A DNA stretch of 32,000 nucleotides from an uncultured bacterium (GCA_963699255.1 OY969425.1:1380001-1412000); one strand, 5' to 3'. Positions 1 to 9,592 are shown, numbered from the stretch's first letter. The notes: generated by a model from the letters alone, not told the origin. Made by a program: numbers and translations.

Positions 1-1
1 T

Positions 2-385
2 GGGCTTGTATATAATATGTCAGGCGAAAAAGGCAGGGCAATCGATGATTACGGGAATGCAATCAATTTGAAGCCTGATGACCCAGACAGCTACAATAAT
101 CGTGGAGTTGCATACGATGAACAAGGCAAATTTGACCTGGCGATCAAAGATTACAGCAGCGCCATTGAGTTATCGGGAACTGAACCAGACTTCTATGGTA
201 ATCGCGGTTTCGCATATTTTGAGTCAGGCATATATGACAAGGCAATTGACGATTACAGTATGGTCATTAAATTAAAACCTGAGGAACCAGACACCTACAA
301 ACATCGTGGAGATGCGTATTATGAGCTAGGCAAGTATAAATTGGCTGAAGAAGACTTTGAAATGGCCCGAAAATTATCGAAATAG
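2..385 (+). CDS. TPR-repeat protein, 5'-truncated by window edge
   Basis: Repeated motif DSYNNRGVAYDEQGKFDLAIKDYSSAIEL / DFYGNRGFAYFESGIYDKAIDDYSMVIKL / DTYKHRGDAYYELGKYKLAEEDFEMA. The codons before the ATG at 17 (G L V Y N) stay open and fit the TPR consensus, so the real start is probably upstream of the window. Confidence 0.85.
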   Translation, partial: GLVYNMSGEKGRAIDDYGNAINLKPDDPDSYNNRGVAYDEQGKFDLAIKDYSSAIELSGTEPDFYGNRGFAYFESGIYDKAIDDYSMVIKLKPEEPDTYKHRGDAYYELGKYKLAEEDFEMARKLSK

Positions 386-395
386 TCTCTTAAAC

Positions 396-1724
396 CTATT
401 TGACCAAGCTTGCCAATCTATCAATATCTGTTTTTTTGACCATCTCTGTTACGGCTATAAGCATGTGATTTTTTAGCTCAGGATAGAACCTGCCCAGATC
501 AAGCCCCCCGACAATATTATTCTCAAGCAGTTTCTTATTTATTTGATCCACAGGCCTTGCTGTTTTTATCACAAACTCCTTGAATGACGAGGCTTTGAAG
601 GCAACGAACTTCGAAAGTTGTTTTTTCGCGTAGTTCGTTTTCTGCAGGCACTGATCGGCAACTTCCCTTAGGCCGGATTTTCCCATTGTCGCCAGGTAAA
701 CCGTCGCCGCCAGCGCGCAAAGGGCTTCGTTAGAGCAGATATTCGAAAAAGCTTTTTCCCTCCTGATGTGCTGCTCTCTTGCCTGTATCGTCAGCACATA
801 ACCGCGCCGGCCTTTTGTGTCAACGGTCTCCCCGACGATCCTGCCGGGCATTAACCGGAGATATTCTTTCTTCACGGCGAAGATCCCTAGATACGGCCCG
901 CCAAAATTCTGGGGGAGGCCAAGCGACTGGCCTTCGCCCGTGACGACATCAGCGCCAATATCACCGGGGCGCTTGAGAATTCCGAGAGAGATGGGGTCGA
1001 CAGAAACTACCGATAACACCCCTTTGGATCTGGCGAGTTTCGAAAAAGCCTCAAGGTCTTCAGGGCATCCGAAGAAATTGGGATTAGCTAATATTATACA
1101 AGCGGTCCGGTCCGACAGCTTCTTGCCGGCCTCGGCAAAGTCAGATGTGCCAAGGGATTGCTGGTATCCGAACTCAATGGCTTCCCAGCCTGCCCCCGCT
1201 GCGTATGTATCCAGAACTTTCCTGTAATTCGGGTTCACGGCTTTTGAGACAAGGACTTCCTTTCTTCCCGTAAAGTGCACCGCCAGGGACGCGGCTTCGG
1301 CCAGAGACGTTGCCCCGTCATACATGGAAGCGTTCGCGGCATCCATTCCGGTCAAGGCGCAGATCAATGATTGATACTCGAAGATAGACTGCAGCATTCC
1401 CTGGCTTATTTCCGGCTGGTATGGCGTATATGAGGTGTAAAATTCGGACTTATTGATTATATGGCTGACAGTGCTGGGAATAAAATGATTGTAAGCTCCT
1501 CCCCCAAGGAAGGAAACAAGCTCTTTAGAGTTCTTATTCTGTTTGGCGAGATCTTCCAGCGATTCTTTAAGCTCGGTCTCGGACATTCCCTGTGGAGGGA
1601 CCGTCCCGACGCTATTTATCCTTACTTTGCCTGGAATGACCCTGAAGAGATCTTCGATGCTTTTGGCTCCGGAGGCGGATAGCATGCGCTCCTGATCGGC
1701 TTTGGTGTTTGGGGTATAACGCAT
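396..1724 (-). CDS. gcvPA: Glycine dehydrogenase (decarboxylating) subunit 1 (P-protein alpha)
   Basis: 442 aa; MRYTPNTKADQERML, FLGGGAYNHFIPSTV, SEFYTSYTPYQPEISQGMLQSIFEYQ, NFGGPYLGIFAVKKEYLRLMPGRIVGET are typical of GcvPA. Confidence 0.96.
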   Translation of the reverse strand: MRYTPNTKADQERMLSASGAKSIEDLFRVIPGKVRINSVGTVPPQGMSETELKESLEDLAKQNKNSKELVSFLGGGAYNHFIPSTVSHIINKSEFYTSYTPYQPEISQGMLQSIFEYQSLICALTGMDAANASMYDGATSLAEAASLAVHFTGRKEVLVSKAVNPNYRKVLDTYAAGAGWEAIEFGYQQSLGTSDFAEAGKKLSDRTACIILANPNFFGCPEDLEAFSKLARSKGVLSVVSVDPISLGILKRPGDIGADVVTGEGQSLGLPQNFGGPYLGIFAVKKEYLRLMPGRIVGETVDTKGRRGYVLTIQAREQHIRREKAFSNICSNEALCALAATVYLATMGKSGLREVADQCLQKTNYAKKQLSKFVAFKASSFKEFVIKTARPVDQINKKLLENNIVGGLDLGRFYPELKNHMLIAVTEMVKKTDIDRLASLVK

Positions 1725-1730
1725 TCGGAA

Positions 1731-2108
1731 CTACTTTTTAAGCAAAGCTTCGTAATCAGATGCGGAAAGAAGCTTGTCCAGGTCGGAGGGATTCGCCATT
1801 TTTACTTTTATCATCCAACCTTCTCCATACGGGTCGCTGTTAACGGCTTCGGGCTTTGAAGAGAGGTTTGAATTAACCTCCGTCACCTCGCCGGATACGG
1901 GGCAGTAAAGCGTTGAGACGGTTTTTACCGATTCAACGACGCCGAACTCCTTCATCGAACTGTATTTTGTGCCGATCTTTGGAAGTTCCACGTAGACAAT
2001 GTCGCCGAGGCTGCTTTGAGCGTGGGAGGTAATGCCGATCGTCGCGATGCCGCCGTCAACTTTTACCCACTCGTGTTCCTTGCTGTATTTTAAATTAGCC
2101 GGGTACAA
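1731..2108 (-). CDS. gcvH: Glycine cleavage system H protein
   Basis: 125 aa; KYSKEHEWVKVDGGIATIGITSHAQSSLGDIVYVELP and lipoyl-lysine region ESVKTVSTLYCPVSGEVTEVN. Confidence 0.97.
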   Translation of the reverse strand: MYPANLKYSKEHEWVKVDGGIATIGITSHAQSSLGDIVYVELPKIGTKYSSMKEFGVVESVKTVSTLYCPVSGEVTEVNSNLSSKPEAVNSDPYGEGWMIKVKMANPSDLDKLLSASDYEALLKK

Positions 2109-2109
2109 C

Positions 2110-2448
2110 CTAGATCTCTTTTCCTTCCAGCTCTCTTACGCGGTATCCGGCATAAGTGAATATGACAGCGGCGACAAGTATCCTCGCGATGCTGTCGCCT
2201 ATCCTGTCAACAGCCATCCTGCCCTGATAGTATTCATCAAAGGACGGTCCGGATGCCTGTCCTTCACCGGCGCCAGTCCCCCCTTGCTGTCCCATCGGAG
2301 CTTCGATCCCCAATGATGGCGGCTTAAAAATAGTTAAACTTAGCGCCGAACTTACAATGTCGACCATTCCCCACATCAGGACAAAAAGCGTAACTAGGCA
2401 AACAACATAATAATAGACCTTTTTGATCGTTAATCTTTCAAAAGCCAT
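2110..2448 (-). CDS. Hypothetical small membrane protein, about 2 predicted TM segments
   Basis: 112 aa; hydrophobic VYYYVVCLVTLFVLMWGMVDIVSSAL and IARILVAAVIFTYAGYRV separated by a Gly/Gln-rich linker. SD-like GGGAGG before the start; ends 1 nt before the gcvH start. Confidence 0.75.
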   Translation of the reverse strand: MAFERLTIKKVYYYVVCLVTLFVLMWGMVDIVSSALSLTIFKPPSLGIEAPMGQQGGTGAGEGQASGPSFDEYYQGRMAVDRIGDSIARILVAAVIFTYAGYRVRELEGKEI

Positions 2449-2479
2449 ATAAATACCTCCCGTTCAGAATTTATAAGCA

Positions 2480-2508
2480 ATTTTACACTCCGGTTTTTAT
2501 CAAGTCAA
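2480..2508 (-). promoter_or_regulatory. Predicted sigma70-like promoter upstream of the small membrane protein and gcvH
   Basis: On the minus strand: TTGACT (2503-2508), 17 bp spacer, TAAAAT (2480-2485). Confidence 0.6.
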
Positions 2509-2616
2509 ACGTTTATAATGCATGAGACGCGAGATGAGAGACGCGAGATGCGATCAGAAATAAACTAAAAAATGCTCGTGCCGACATAGAACGGAACTCG
2601 ATAATAAATTCCCGGT

Positions 2617-3690
2617 TCAGCTGCGTTTATAGAAAGGAAGCTTAACGATCTCTGCTTGGACGTGCTTCCCCCTTATTTCCACATCGATGGCCGAGCCGAT
2701 CCCGGAATGCTCAGCCCTTATGTAACCCATGCCGATCGAGATGTTCAGGGTAGGGGACATTGTACCGCTGGTGACATATCCTATGACTTTACCGGCCTTG
2801 AATACTTTGTAGCCCTGCCTTGGAATGCCCTTCTCTTTTAACCTTATTCCTACGAGTTTCTTGGAAACGCCCACTTCCTTATGCATGACAAGGCTGTCCC
2901 TGCCGATAAAAGCTCCCTTATCAAGTTTCACTGCAAATGTGAACGGGGTTTCAAGCGGAGTTATTCCTTCGTTATATTCGTGCCCATAGAGGGGCATGCC
3001 AGCCTCAAGCCTTAGCGTATCCCTTGCTCCTAACCCGCAAGGCGTGGCGCCAAGCTCGATTAGTTCATTCCAAATCTTCTCGACTTTCGATATGTCGACG
3101 AACAATTCAAACCCATCCTCGCCAGTATATCCGGTCCTTGCAATCATCGATTCTGCCCCATCAATATCTGCAGAGGCTAATATTTGGTGATGCCCTAATT
3201 TATTAAGATCCGAACCGCAGATCTTTTGCAGTATCTCTTGTGATTTTGGGCCTTGCAGCGCAAGAAGAGAAAACTTGTCTTTAATATCGAGAATCTCAGC
3301 CTTTTCGAGATTGTTTTTTTTCAGCCACCCTATGTCTTTATCTGTGTTCGAGGCGTTGAGTACAAGCAAAACTTTGCCCCCCGGGATTCGGTAAACGAAA
3401 ATATCGTCTATTATCCCACCAGAATTATTTAATATAAGTGAATAGTGAGCAGAAAAAACCTTAAGTTTTGATAAATCGTTTGTGAGGGTTTTTTGAAGAA
3501 ACCCCTCCATATTTTCACCGGATACACTGACAATGCCCATATGCCCGATGTCAAAAATCCCCGCTGCGTTCCTCACCGCTTTGTGTTCGGCTATTATGCT
3601 TGAATAATATACGGGCATTTCCCATCCGGCGAAAGGCACCATTTTTGCCCCGAGTTTCACGTGGGCGTCATAAAGAGGAGTGCGCTTCAT
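2617..3690 (-). CDS. gcvT: Aminomethyltransferase (glycine cleavage T protein)
   Basis: 357 aa; KRTPLYDAHVKLGAKMVPFAGWEMPVYY, GIFDIGHMG, ARTGYTGEDGFELF, GLGARDTLRLEAGMPLYGHEYNE. Confidence 0.97.
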   Translation of the reverse strand: MKRTPLYDAHVKLGAKMVPFAGWEMPVYYSSIIAEHKAVRNAAGIFDIGHMGIVSVSGENMEGFLQKTLTNDLSKLKVFSAHYSLILNNSGGIIDDIFVYRIPGGKVLLVLNASNTDKDIGWLKKNNLEKAEILDIKDKFSLLALQGPKSQEILQKICGSDLNKLGHHQILASADIDGAESMIARTGYTGEDGFELFVDISKVEKIWNELIELGATPCGLGARDTLRLEAGMPLYGHEYNEGITPLETPFTFAVKLDKGAFIGRDSLVMHKEVGVSKKLVGIRLKEKGIPRQGYKVFKAGKVIGYVTSGTMSPTLNISIGMGYIRAEHSGIGSAIDVEIRGKHVQAEIVKLPFYKRS

Positions 3691-4781
3691 GGGTTCACGA
3701 ACTCAGACAGCGCATTGATGAATTTCTTGTTCTGCTCCGGCGTTCCGATCGTAACCCTTATGGATCCAGGCATTCCAAAGGAGGTAAGGGGACGCACTAT
3801 GACGCCTCGCCTCATAAGTTCTATGAAGGCCGCGTCGGCATCATCATTCAGGTTGATGAATATGAAATTCGCCTCGGTTTTCACGAAAGGCACCCCGAGC
3901 TTGTCCAGCTCCTTGTAAAGGTATGCCTTTCCCTCGGAATTGTTACTGATGCTTTTCTTGATGTGGTCGGAATCGGACAGGCCGGCTGACGCGGCGATCT
4001 GCGCAAGCCTGTTAACCGAAAAAGGCAGCCTAACCAGGTTCATGTACCTTATTATTTCGGGCCGCGCTATGGCATATCCGACCCTTAGTCCCGCAAGGCC
4101 GTATATCTTTGAAAAGGTCCTTACCACCACGACGTTCTTGTTATCCCTGACATACGCGAGGGAGTCCGGATAATCCTGTGATCCAACATATTCTCCGTAG
4201 GCTTCATCGATCACAACGATCGTATTTTGAGGGACCTTTGACATGAAAGAATCCATCTCTTTCCCTGTATTCATCGTCCCGGTCGGGTTGTTCGGATTGC
4301 AGACAAAGACCAATTTGGTCTTTGGGCCGACCGCCTCGGCCATGGCGGGAAGGTCATAAGTATAATTCTTCAGGTTTATCCTCACCATGGAGGCCTCCAT
4401 AAGGCGGGATACCATCTCATATGTTGAAAAAGTATTATGGGATATTATCACCTCATCCCCCGCGGAGATGTAGGCGAGGGCGATCAGAAGCATCAGCTCA
4501 TCGGAGCCGTTCCCTATGGCGATGTTCGCGGGGGTCATGTCCAGTTTTTCCGCCAGGAGCCGGTTAAGCTCATAACAGTTCTGGTCAGGGTATAAGTTGA
4601 TGTCTTTCGCGTATTTATTTACCGCTTCCAAGGCTTTAGGGGACGGACCAAGCGGGTTCTCGTTTGAGGCAAGCTTGATCACGCCGGAGATCCTCAGCTC
4701 CCTTTCGGCTTCTTCGACCGGCTTGCCGGGGACGTACGGCTTTATATTCCCTATATTTGGTCTGATGGGTTCTTTTGGCAT
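3687..4781 (-). CDS. hisC: Histidinol-phosphate aminotransferase
   Basis: 364 aa; GVIKLASNENPLGPSPKALEAV, NGSDELMLLIALAYISAGDEVI, FVCNPNNPTGT, VRTFSKIYGLAGLRVGYAIA. 4-nt overlap with gcvT. Confidence 0.93.
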   Translation of the reverse strand: MPKEPIRPNIGNIKPYVPGKPVEEAERELRISGVIKLASNENPLGPSPKALEAVNKYAKDINLYPDQNCYELNRLLAEKLDMTPANIAIGNGSDELMLLIALAYISAGDEVIISHNTFSTYEMVSRLMEASMVRINLKNYTYDLPAMAEAVGPKTKLVFVCNPNNPTGTMNTGKEMDSFMSKVPQNTIVVIDEAYGEYVGSQDYPDSLAYVRDNKNVVVVRTFSKIYGLAGLRVGYAIARPEIIRYMNLVRLPFSVNRLAQIAASAGLSDSDHIKKSISNNSEGKAYLYKELDKLGVPFVKTEANFIFINLNDDADAAFIELMRRGVIVRPLTSFGMPGSIRVTIGTPEQNKKFINALSEFVNP

Positions 4782-4788
4782 GCTTTAG

Positions 4789-4816
4789 ATTATATCACAA
4801 TTATAAACCGTGTCAT
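4789..4816 (-). promoter_or_regulatory. Predicted promoter for hisC
   Basis: Minus strand: ATGACA (4811-4816), 16 bp, TATAAT (4789-4794), then 7 nt to the hisC ATG. Confidence 0.55.
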
Positions 4817-4835
4817 TCTTGTGGAGAAGCTCAGC

Positions 4836-6180
4836 TTAATAATCCGGCTCTGGCCGAACTATTTTTACGTTTTCCCTGTCGCCGGTGAGTTTGTAGCGGC
4901 TCCTTATGCCCTTTTCTTCTGAATAGCCGCCTGACTCCTGTATCACCTTTACAAAGGTAGAAAAGGAGTTGCCGGAGAGCAAAGCCTTTTTTATCTTTGC
5001 AATTGCCTCGTCCGACATGACGTTGTAAGGCATAAGCTTTTCCCCTTCAAAATATATTAGCGGCCTTGAAAATGATATTTTTTTGGCGGAAGGAATTCCG
5101 TACAGCCTGAACGTCAGTTTTCTATCGGTTGAAGCCGTCTCGATCATTATCGGGTGGCTGGTGTTATTCCTTATTTTCAGGTCCCTTGTTCCGCTGTATA
5201 TGGATGCGTCGCGGCCGAGCGGATAAATGGTAAAGTATATGTCATGGTTATGGCGCTCAACTATGTCCAGCCCCGCCAGCATGGCGGCATTGTATAAAGT
5301 AGTTGCGATCTGGCATGAACCGCCGCCGTACTGAGGTTCAAGCGCTCCGTTATATATTACAAAAGCTTCCTTAAACCCTCTTTTTAGACTGAAATTCCCC
5401 CAGGTTTTCCAGGAGGGAAAATGTTTCTCCAGAGATCATAATATAGCGGTTCAATCTTCCTGACGCGACCTTAATGTTGTGCACCCTGTTGGGCGAATCG
5501 TGAGAGCCGTAGTAAGTTGTATATTCGGAGAGAAGGTGTTTCGGTGGAAATTTCACTAAGGGTTTCGCATATACCCTTGGATAAAGGAGTGTCACCTCTA
5601 TCGTTGCCCGTCTCTCATTTTTATTGAGAGCGTCCTCCAAGTTGGCAATGGACCTTTTAACATTGACCTCCCTGCCGATCTTTTCCTTTGTGATCTTGTA
5701 CCTTCCTTCGTCGAGCAGCTTGAAAGTCGCTTCCTTTGATGAGGCATCAAAGCTGTTCGCGAGCGCTTCAAGGACGGCCCTGAAAGCTCTATTTTCCAGG
5801 GATAGCGCCAGGGGAATGACCTGTTTTTTATAGTTTCCAAGGACCCTTTTTGTAAGGTCGTCAATATAATTGTTTCGGTAAACGGTTGCGCCTGAATTGT
5901 TTATTGTCTTGCGGGGGGATATGTATATCCCGAGCTCCGATGGCTTGTATGCGATGATTTGACCTTCCAGGTCCAGCAGTATCTGGCCGTCAATGACCTT
6001 GTCAACTTCTGCGGTCTTCAGGTTATTGAAAGCTTCGAGCTTTGAAAAGCCGGATACATCCAGCTTCTCTATGTAGCAGTTAGGGGGAAATCTCCCGCTC
6101 CAGAACAGAAAATCCCAGATAACCAGGCAGATCAGGATGCAGAGAAGCGCTAAGGACAGGTATTTGGTTATTCCATGCAA
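4836..6180 (-). CDS. VanW-family / YoaR-like protein, reading frame interrupted by an apparent 1-nt insertion
   Basis: N-terminal ORF 5371-6180 has a signal/TM segment and ends ...ISGETFSLLENLGEFQSKKRV*. The +1 frame continues RGFKEAFVIYNGALEPQYGGGSCQIATTLYNAAMLAGLDIVERHNHDIYFTIYPLGRDAS, the VanW core. Confidence 0.85.
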
Positions 6181-6189
6181 GCGCTTAAA

Positions 6190-7389
6190 TTACTCTAGGA
6201 CTTTTACTACAGCTCCAGCGCCTACCGTGTGTCCGCCTTCCCTTATGGCGAGCCTCATCCCTTCCTCAATTGCCACGTCATCCACAAGGGTCACTTCCAT
6301 CTTTATGTTGTCTCCAGGCATGACCATCTCGACGCCCTGAGGGAGTTTTATCTCTCCCGTGACATCCGTGGTCCTTACGAAGAATTGCGGTTTGTAACCG
6401 CTGAAGAACGGCGTATGGCGGCCGCCTTCTTCCTTTGTCAACACATAAACCTGAGCCTCGAACTTCTTGTGGGGCTTTATCGTGCCAGCTTTTGCGAGGA
6501 CCATGCCGCGCTTCAACTCTTCTTTTTCAATGCCTCGGAGCAGAACTCCTACGTTGTCTCCGGCAATACCCTCGTCCATGGTCTTCCTGAACATTTCAAC
6601 GCCGGTGACAACGGCTTTCTTGTGCGCCCCAAGCCCTATGACCTCAACTTCCTCTCCAACCTTTACCTTGCCTCTCTCTATCCTTCCGGTTCCCACTGTT
6701 CCTCTTCCTGTTATCGAGAACACATCTTCGACCGGCATCAGGAACGGCTTATCTACATCCCTCTTTGGATCCGGGATATACGTATCAAGGGCGTTGGTGA
6801 GCTCAAATATAGACTTGCACCATTCGCAGGTGTCTTTTCCACATCCGCATTCCATGGCTTTAAGGGCCGATCCCCTGATGATAGGCGTCTTGTCGCCCGG
6901 ATACTCGTATTTACTCAGGAGATCCCTGGTTTCAACTTCTACCAGGTCGATAAGCTCTTTATCATCGACCATATCTATCTTATTAAGGTATACGACGATG
7001 TATGGAACATTAACCTGACGCGCTAAAAGTATGTGCTCCCTTGTCTGAGGCATAGGGCCGTCCGCCGCGGACACCACGAGGATGGCTCCATCCATCTGCG
7101 CGGCGCCGATGACCATGTTCTTTACGTAGTCCGCGTGGCCGGGGCAGTCAATGTGTGCGTAGTGGCGCTTTGCCGTCTCGTATTCGACGTGGGCTATAGC
7201 GATCGTGATACCCCTTGCTTTTTCCTCCGGGGCCGCGTCGATCTCGTCAAAAGCCTTTGCTTTTGCCATCCCTTTGGCGGCCAGACACTTTGTGATGGCC
7301 GACGTTAGCGTGGTTTTTCCATGGTCAACATGCCCGATCGTTCCCACGTTCACATGAACCTTTGATCTTACAAACTTTTCTCTTGCCAT
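6190..7389 (-). CDS. tuf: Elongation factor Tu
   Basis: 399 aa; [59 protein letters not shown]. Confidence 0.99.
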   Translation of the reverse strand: MAREKFVRSKVHVNVGTIGHVDHGKTTLTSAITKCLAAKGMAKAKAFDEIDAAPEEKARGITIAIAHVEYETAKRHYAHIDCPGHADYVKNMVIGAAQMDGAILVVSAADGPMPQTREHILLARQVNVPYIVVYLNKIDMVDDKELIDLVEVETRDLLSKYEYPGDKTPIIRGSALKAMECGCGKDTCEWCKSIFELTNALDTYIPDPKRDVDKPFLMPVEDVFSITGRGTVGTGRIERGKVKVGEEVEVIGLGAHKKAVVTGVEMFRKTMDEGIAGDNVGVLLRGIEKEELKRGMVLAKAGTIKPHKKFEAQVYVLTKEEGGRHTPFFSGYKPQFFVRTTDVTGEIKLPQGVEMVMPGDNIKMEVTLVDDVAIEEGMRLAIREGGHTVGAGAVVKVLE

Positions 7390-7425
7390 AATAATACCTC
7401 CTAAGCATCAATTTGAGATTTGCCT

Positions 7426-7453
7426 ATTATACAGACGGGCTATATCTTGTCAA
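7426..7453 (-). promoter_or_regulatory. Strong predicted tuf promoter
   Basis: Minus strand: consensus TTGACA (7448-7453), 16 bp, TATAAT (7426-7431); SD AGGAGG just before the tuf start. Confidence 0.75.
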
Positions 7454-7496
7454 CTGAAAATTTTTGGTTTGTTTTATGGCAAAATTAGGTGTGTAG

Positions 7497-7684
7497 TTAA
7501 ATAATAGGGCTTAATAAGGCTTAAAAAGAGCAAGAAGTGTTATAGGAAAAGATATGTGCAATATGCGTAAAAAGTGAAAAGCATAATTTGTTCGTCTTAC
7601 ATAACTTATTCCACTTATAACTTCCACTTATTACGCCTGTTTCACTTTTTAAGCCCCATCGAGCCTTATTAAGCCTTATTTAAA
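7497..7684. repeat. About 190-bp imperfect inverted-repeat element between tRNA-Thr and tuf
   Basis: Left arm ttaaataatagggcttaataaggcttaaaaag; right arm cacttttt aagccccatcgagccttattaagccttatttaa. GGCTTAATAAGGCT is shared exactly in inverted orientation, plus an inner aaaaagtgaaa/tttcacttttt pair. Confidence 0.5.
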
Positions 7685-7688
7685 CAAA

Positions 7689-7761
<73 letters not shown>

Positions 7762-7765
7762 ACGG

Positions 7766-9577
7766 TCAGAACTTGAACAACTCTTTGGCTTTTTTCTCCA
7801 GATCTTCTTTTGCTTTTTGTTCGGCTTTCTGCTTTTGACTGTCAATCTCTTTTTGAGCGGCCGTTACCGCTTCTTTCTTTTTGTTTTCTATCATCTTTTC
7901 GACCGGTTTTCCGAGTTTCGGTATAGGGATAGGCTTCTTAAGGGAGCCGGTCATCTCAAAATCAAGGGAGTACCAGCCGCTCTCATCCTTGAAAGCGTCG
8001 TATTCAGAAGAGACTTTATTTTTTGCCGGATTGAGCTTTAATGAAAGATCGTTGCCCTTAATGAATGCGAGGCTTCCGATGTTCGCGCTTCCGTTAAACG
8101 CAAGCTTGATGTCCCCCTTATCCCCGTTGTTAAGGTCGAGCTTGCTCAGCGTTACGACCTTGTCCGCGATCGAGAAGTTGGATTTGAATTCCTTGAACTC
8201 AATGTCTTCCTGAAGGGTTTTAAGCCCTATCTTTTCGCCGATCGCCGAAAGAGAGTTCAGCTTGGAAACCCTGCCGTTCGCTAGCAAAAAACTTCCCTTT
8301 CCTTTCGCGTTGGCTATGATATCGGGGGTTTCTATGCCCCGCCCGGCAAGCGTTATGTTAAAGCCCAGAGTGCCGTGCAGCTTATCCTTCAGCTCATTGT
8401 AGTCGGGAAGTTTTGTCAGGAACGAACCTATCATGTCGTTCGAGGCGGGCGTAGCGTCAAAACCCTTTGCGACGGCATTGATTGAGTAGCCGACGCCGCT
8501 CACTTTCAGGTCGACGGCCGCATCACCCTTTACGGTGCCACCGTAAGCTTTTAGCTCCTGCAGAACGATGTTCATGACCTTGTTCGACATCGTCCCCTTA
8601 AGGGCAAGCGAATCAAGCTTCATTTCCTTGTAGAGAATATTGTTCAGGTCAACATTGGCATCAAGCTTTATATTCGCCGGGATCGATTTCATTGTCCTGT
8701 TTATATTCGCAGTAAGCTGTCCGTAAGGCGCTGGTTTTTTCGTGCCAGTTCCCGAAACTATCGCCAGGAACTTGTCGGTATCGAGCTTCTTTGACGAAGC
8801 GTTCAGCTTGATCTTTGGCGCCTTGTCGAATTCGGAAACATCAACGTTAAATGATATCTTTTCCCCCGCGGCCGTTATGTCAAAATTCGAGGCTTTCGCC
8901 AGGGACTTGTTCATGTCCAACATTATATCTCCGCTCAAAGAGATCGGAACAGGCTTACCTTCATACAGACCCATAACGCTTACATTTAAATGTATCGGCT
9001 TCTTTGTAACGAGTGAAATCCCCGATATATTTACGTTCAGCTCTTTTAGCTGGCTGACCTTTCCGGCCTGATCAAGGGTAAGTTTACCGTTCACTATCGA
9101 GAATTTCGACACCATTATCGACACGGCCTCTTTCTTTTTTGCCGCTGTCTTAGGCGCCGCAGGTTTCTTTGCGCCCACAAGGTCGCCGTAATTTGAGGTG
9201 CCGTTCGCCCTCATCTCGACAAGGATCTCGGGGTTAACAAGTACGACCTTGTCTATGGCGACCGTGCCGCTTAGAAGTTTCCAGAGATCGTATTTAAGCT
9301 CAATGCTGCCCGCGGATATGAATGGCTTCGCCGCAAATCCCAACCTGTTGCTGACCGACAGGTCCTTTAGTTCTATGCCTGTAAAGATGTTGAACGATAC
9401 TTTGCCGATCTTCACGTTCCTGTGTATCGTTTCCGAAGCTTTCTGAGCAGCCATATCCTTTATCTTGTCCAGCGGAAGGAAGTAGGGGAGCGCTATTGCA
9501 GCAATTATTATAAGTATAATAAGAACTCCCAGAACGATCCCGAACCACTTTAGAGCTTTTTTTAAACCGCTTAACAT
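7766..9577 (-). CDS. AsmA-family-like exported/inner-membrane-anchored protein
   Basis: 603 aa; N-terminal TM (IVLGVLIILIIIAAIALPYFLPLDKIKD), AsmA-like body (NVKIGKVSFNIFTGIELKDLSVSNR, GTVAIDKVVLVNPEILVEMRANGTSNYGDL), Lys/Glu-rich C-terminus; SD AGGAGG. Confidence 0.8.
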   Translation of the reverse strand: MLSGLKKALKWFGIVLGVLIILIIIAAIALPYFLPLDKIKDMAAQKASETIHRNVKIGKVSFNIFTGIELKDLSVSNRLGFAAKPFISAGSIELKYDLWKLLSGTVAIDKVVLVNPEILVEMRANGTSNYGDLVGAKKPAAPKTAAKKKEAVSIMVSKFSIVNGKLTLDQAGKVSQLKELNVNISGISLVTKKPIHLNVSVMGLYEGKPVPISLSGDIMLDMNKSLAKASNFDITAAGEKISFNVDVSEFDKAPKIKLNASSKKLDTDKFLAIVSGTGTKKPAPYGQLTANINRTMKSIPANIKLDANVDLNNILYKEMKLDSLALKGTMSNKVMNIVLQELKAYGGTVKGDAAVDLKVSGVGYSINAVAKGFDATPASNDMIGSFLTKLPDYNELKDKLHGTLGFNITLAGRGIETPDIIANAKGKGSFLLANGRVSKLNSLSAIGEKIGLKTLQEDIEFKEFKSNFSIADKVVTLSKLDLNNGDKGDIKLAFNGSANIGSLAFIKGNDLSLKLNPAKNKVSSEYDAFKDESGWYSLDFEMTGSLKKPIPIPKLGKPVEKMIENKKKEAVTAAQKEIDSQKQKAEQKAKEDLEKKAKELFKF

Positions 9578-9592
9578 ATCCTTGCCTCCTTA

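Noticed and set aside
817-1227. Plus-strand ORF antisense to gcvPA, with similar shadow ORFs at 3600-3989, 9198-9446, 9727-10188 and 12047-12610
   Set aside because: They lie opposite confidently identified genes and look like codon-bias mirror ORFs.
6229-7026. 265-aa open frame on the plus strand opposite tuf (and 6467-7018)
   Set aside because: Fully antisense to the highly conserved tuf gene. It has low-complexity, shadow-ORF composition and no recognisable domain or SD.
7497-7684. Considered as a CRISPR or riboswitch
   Set aside because: There are no regularly spaced repeats and no recognisable riboswitch core, and it lies upstream of the mapped-looking tuf promoter rather than in the tuf leader.
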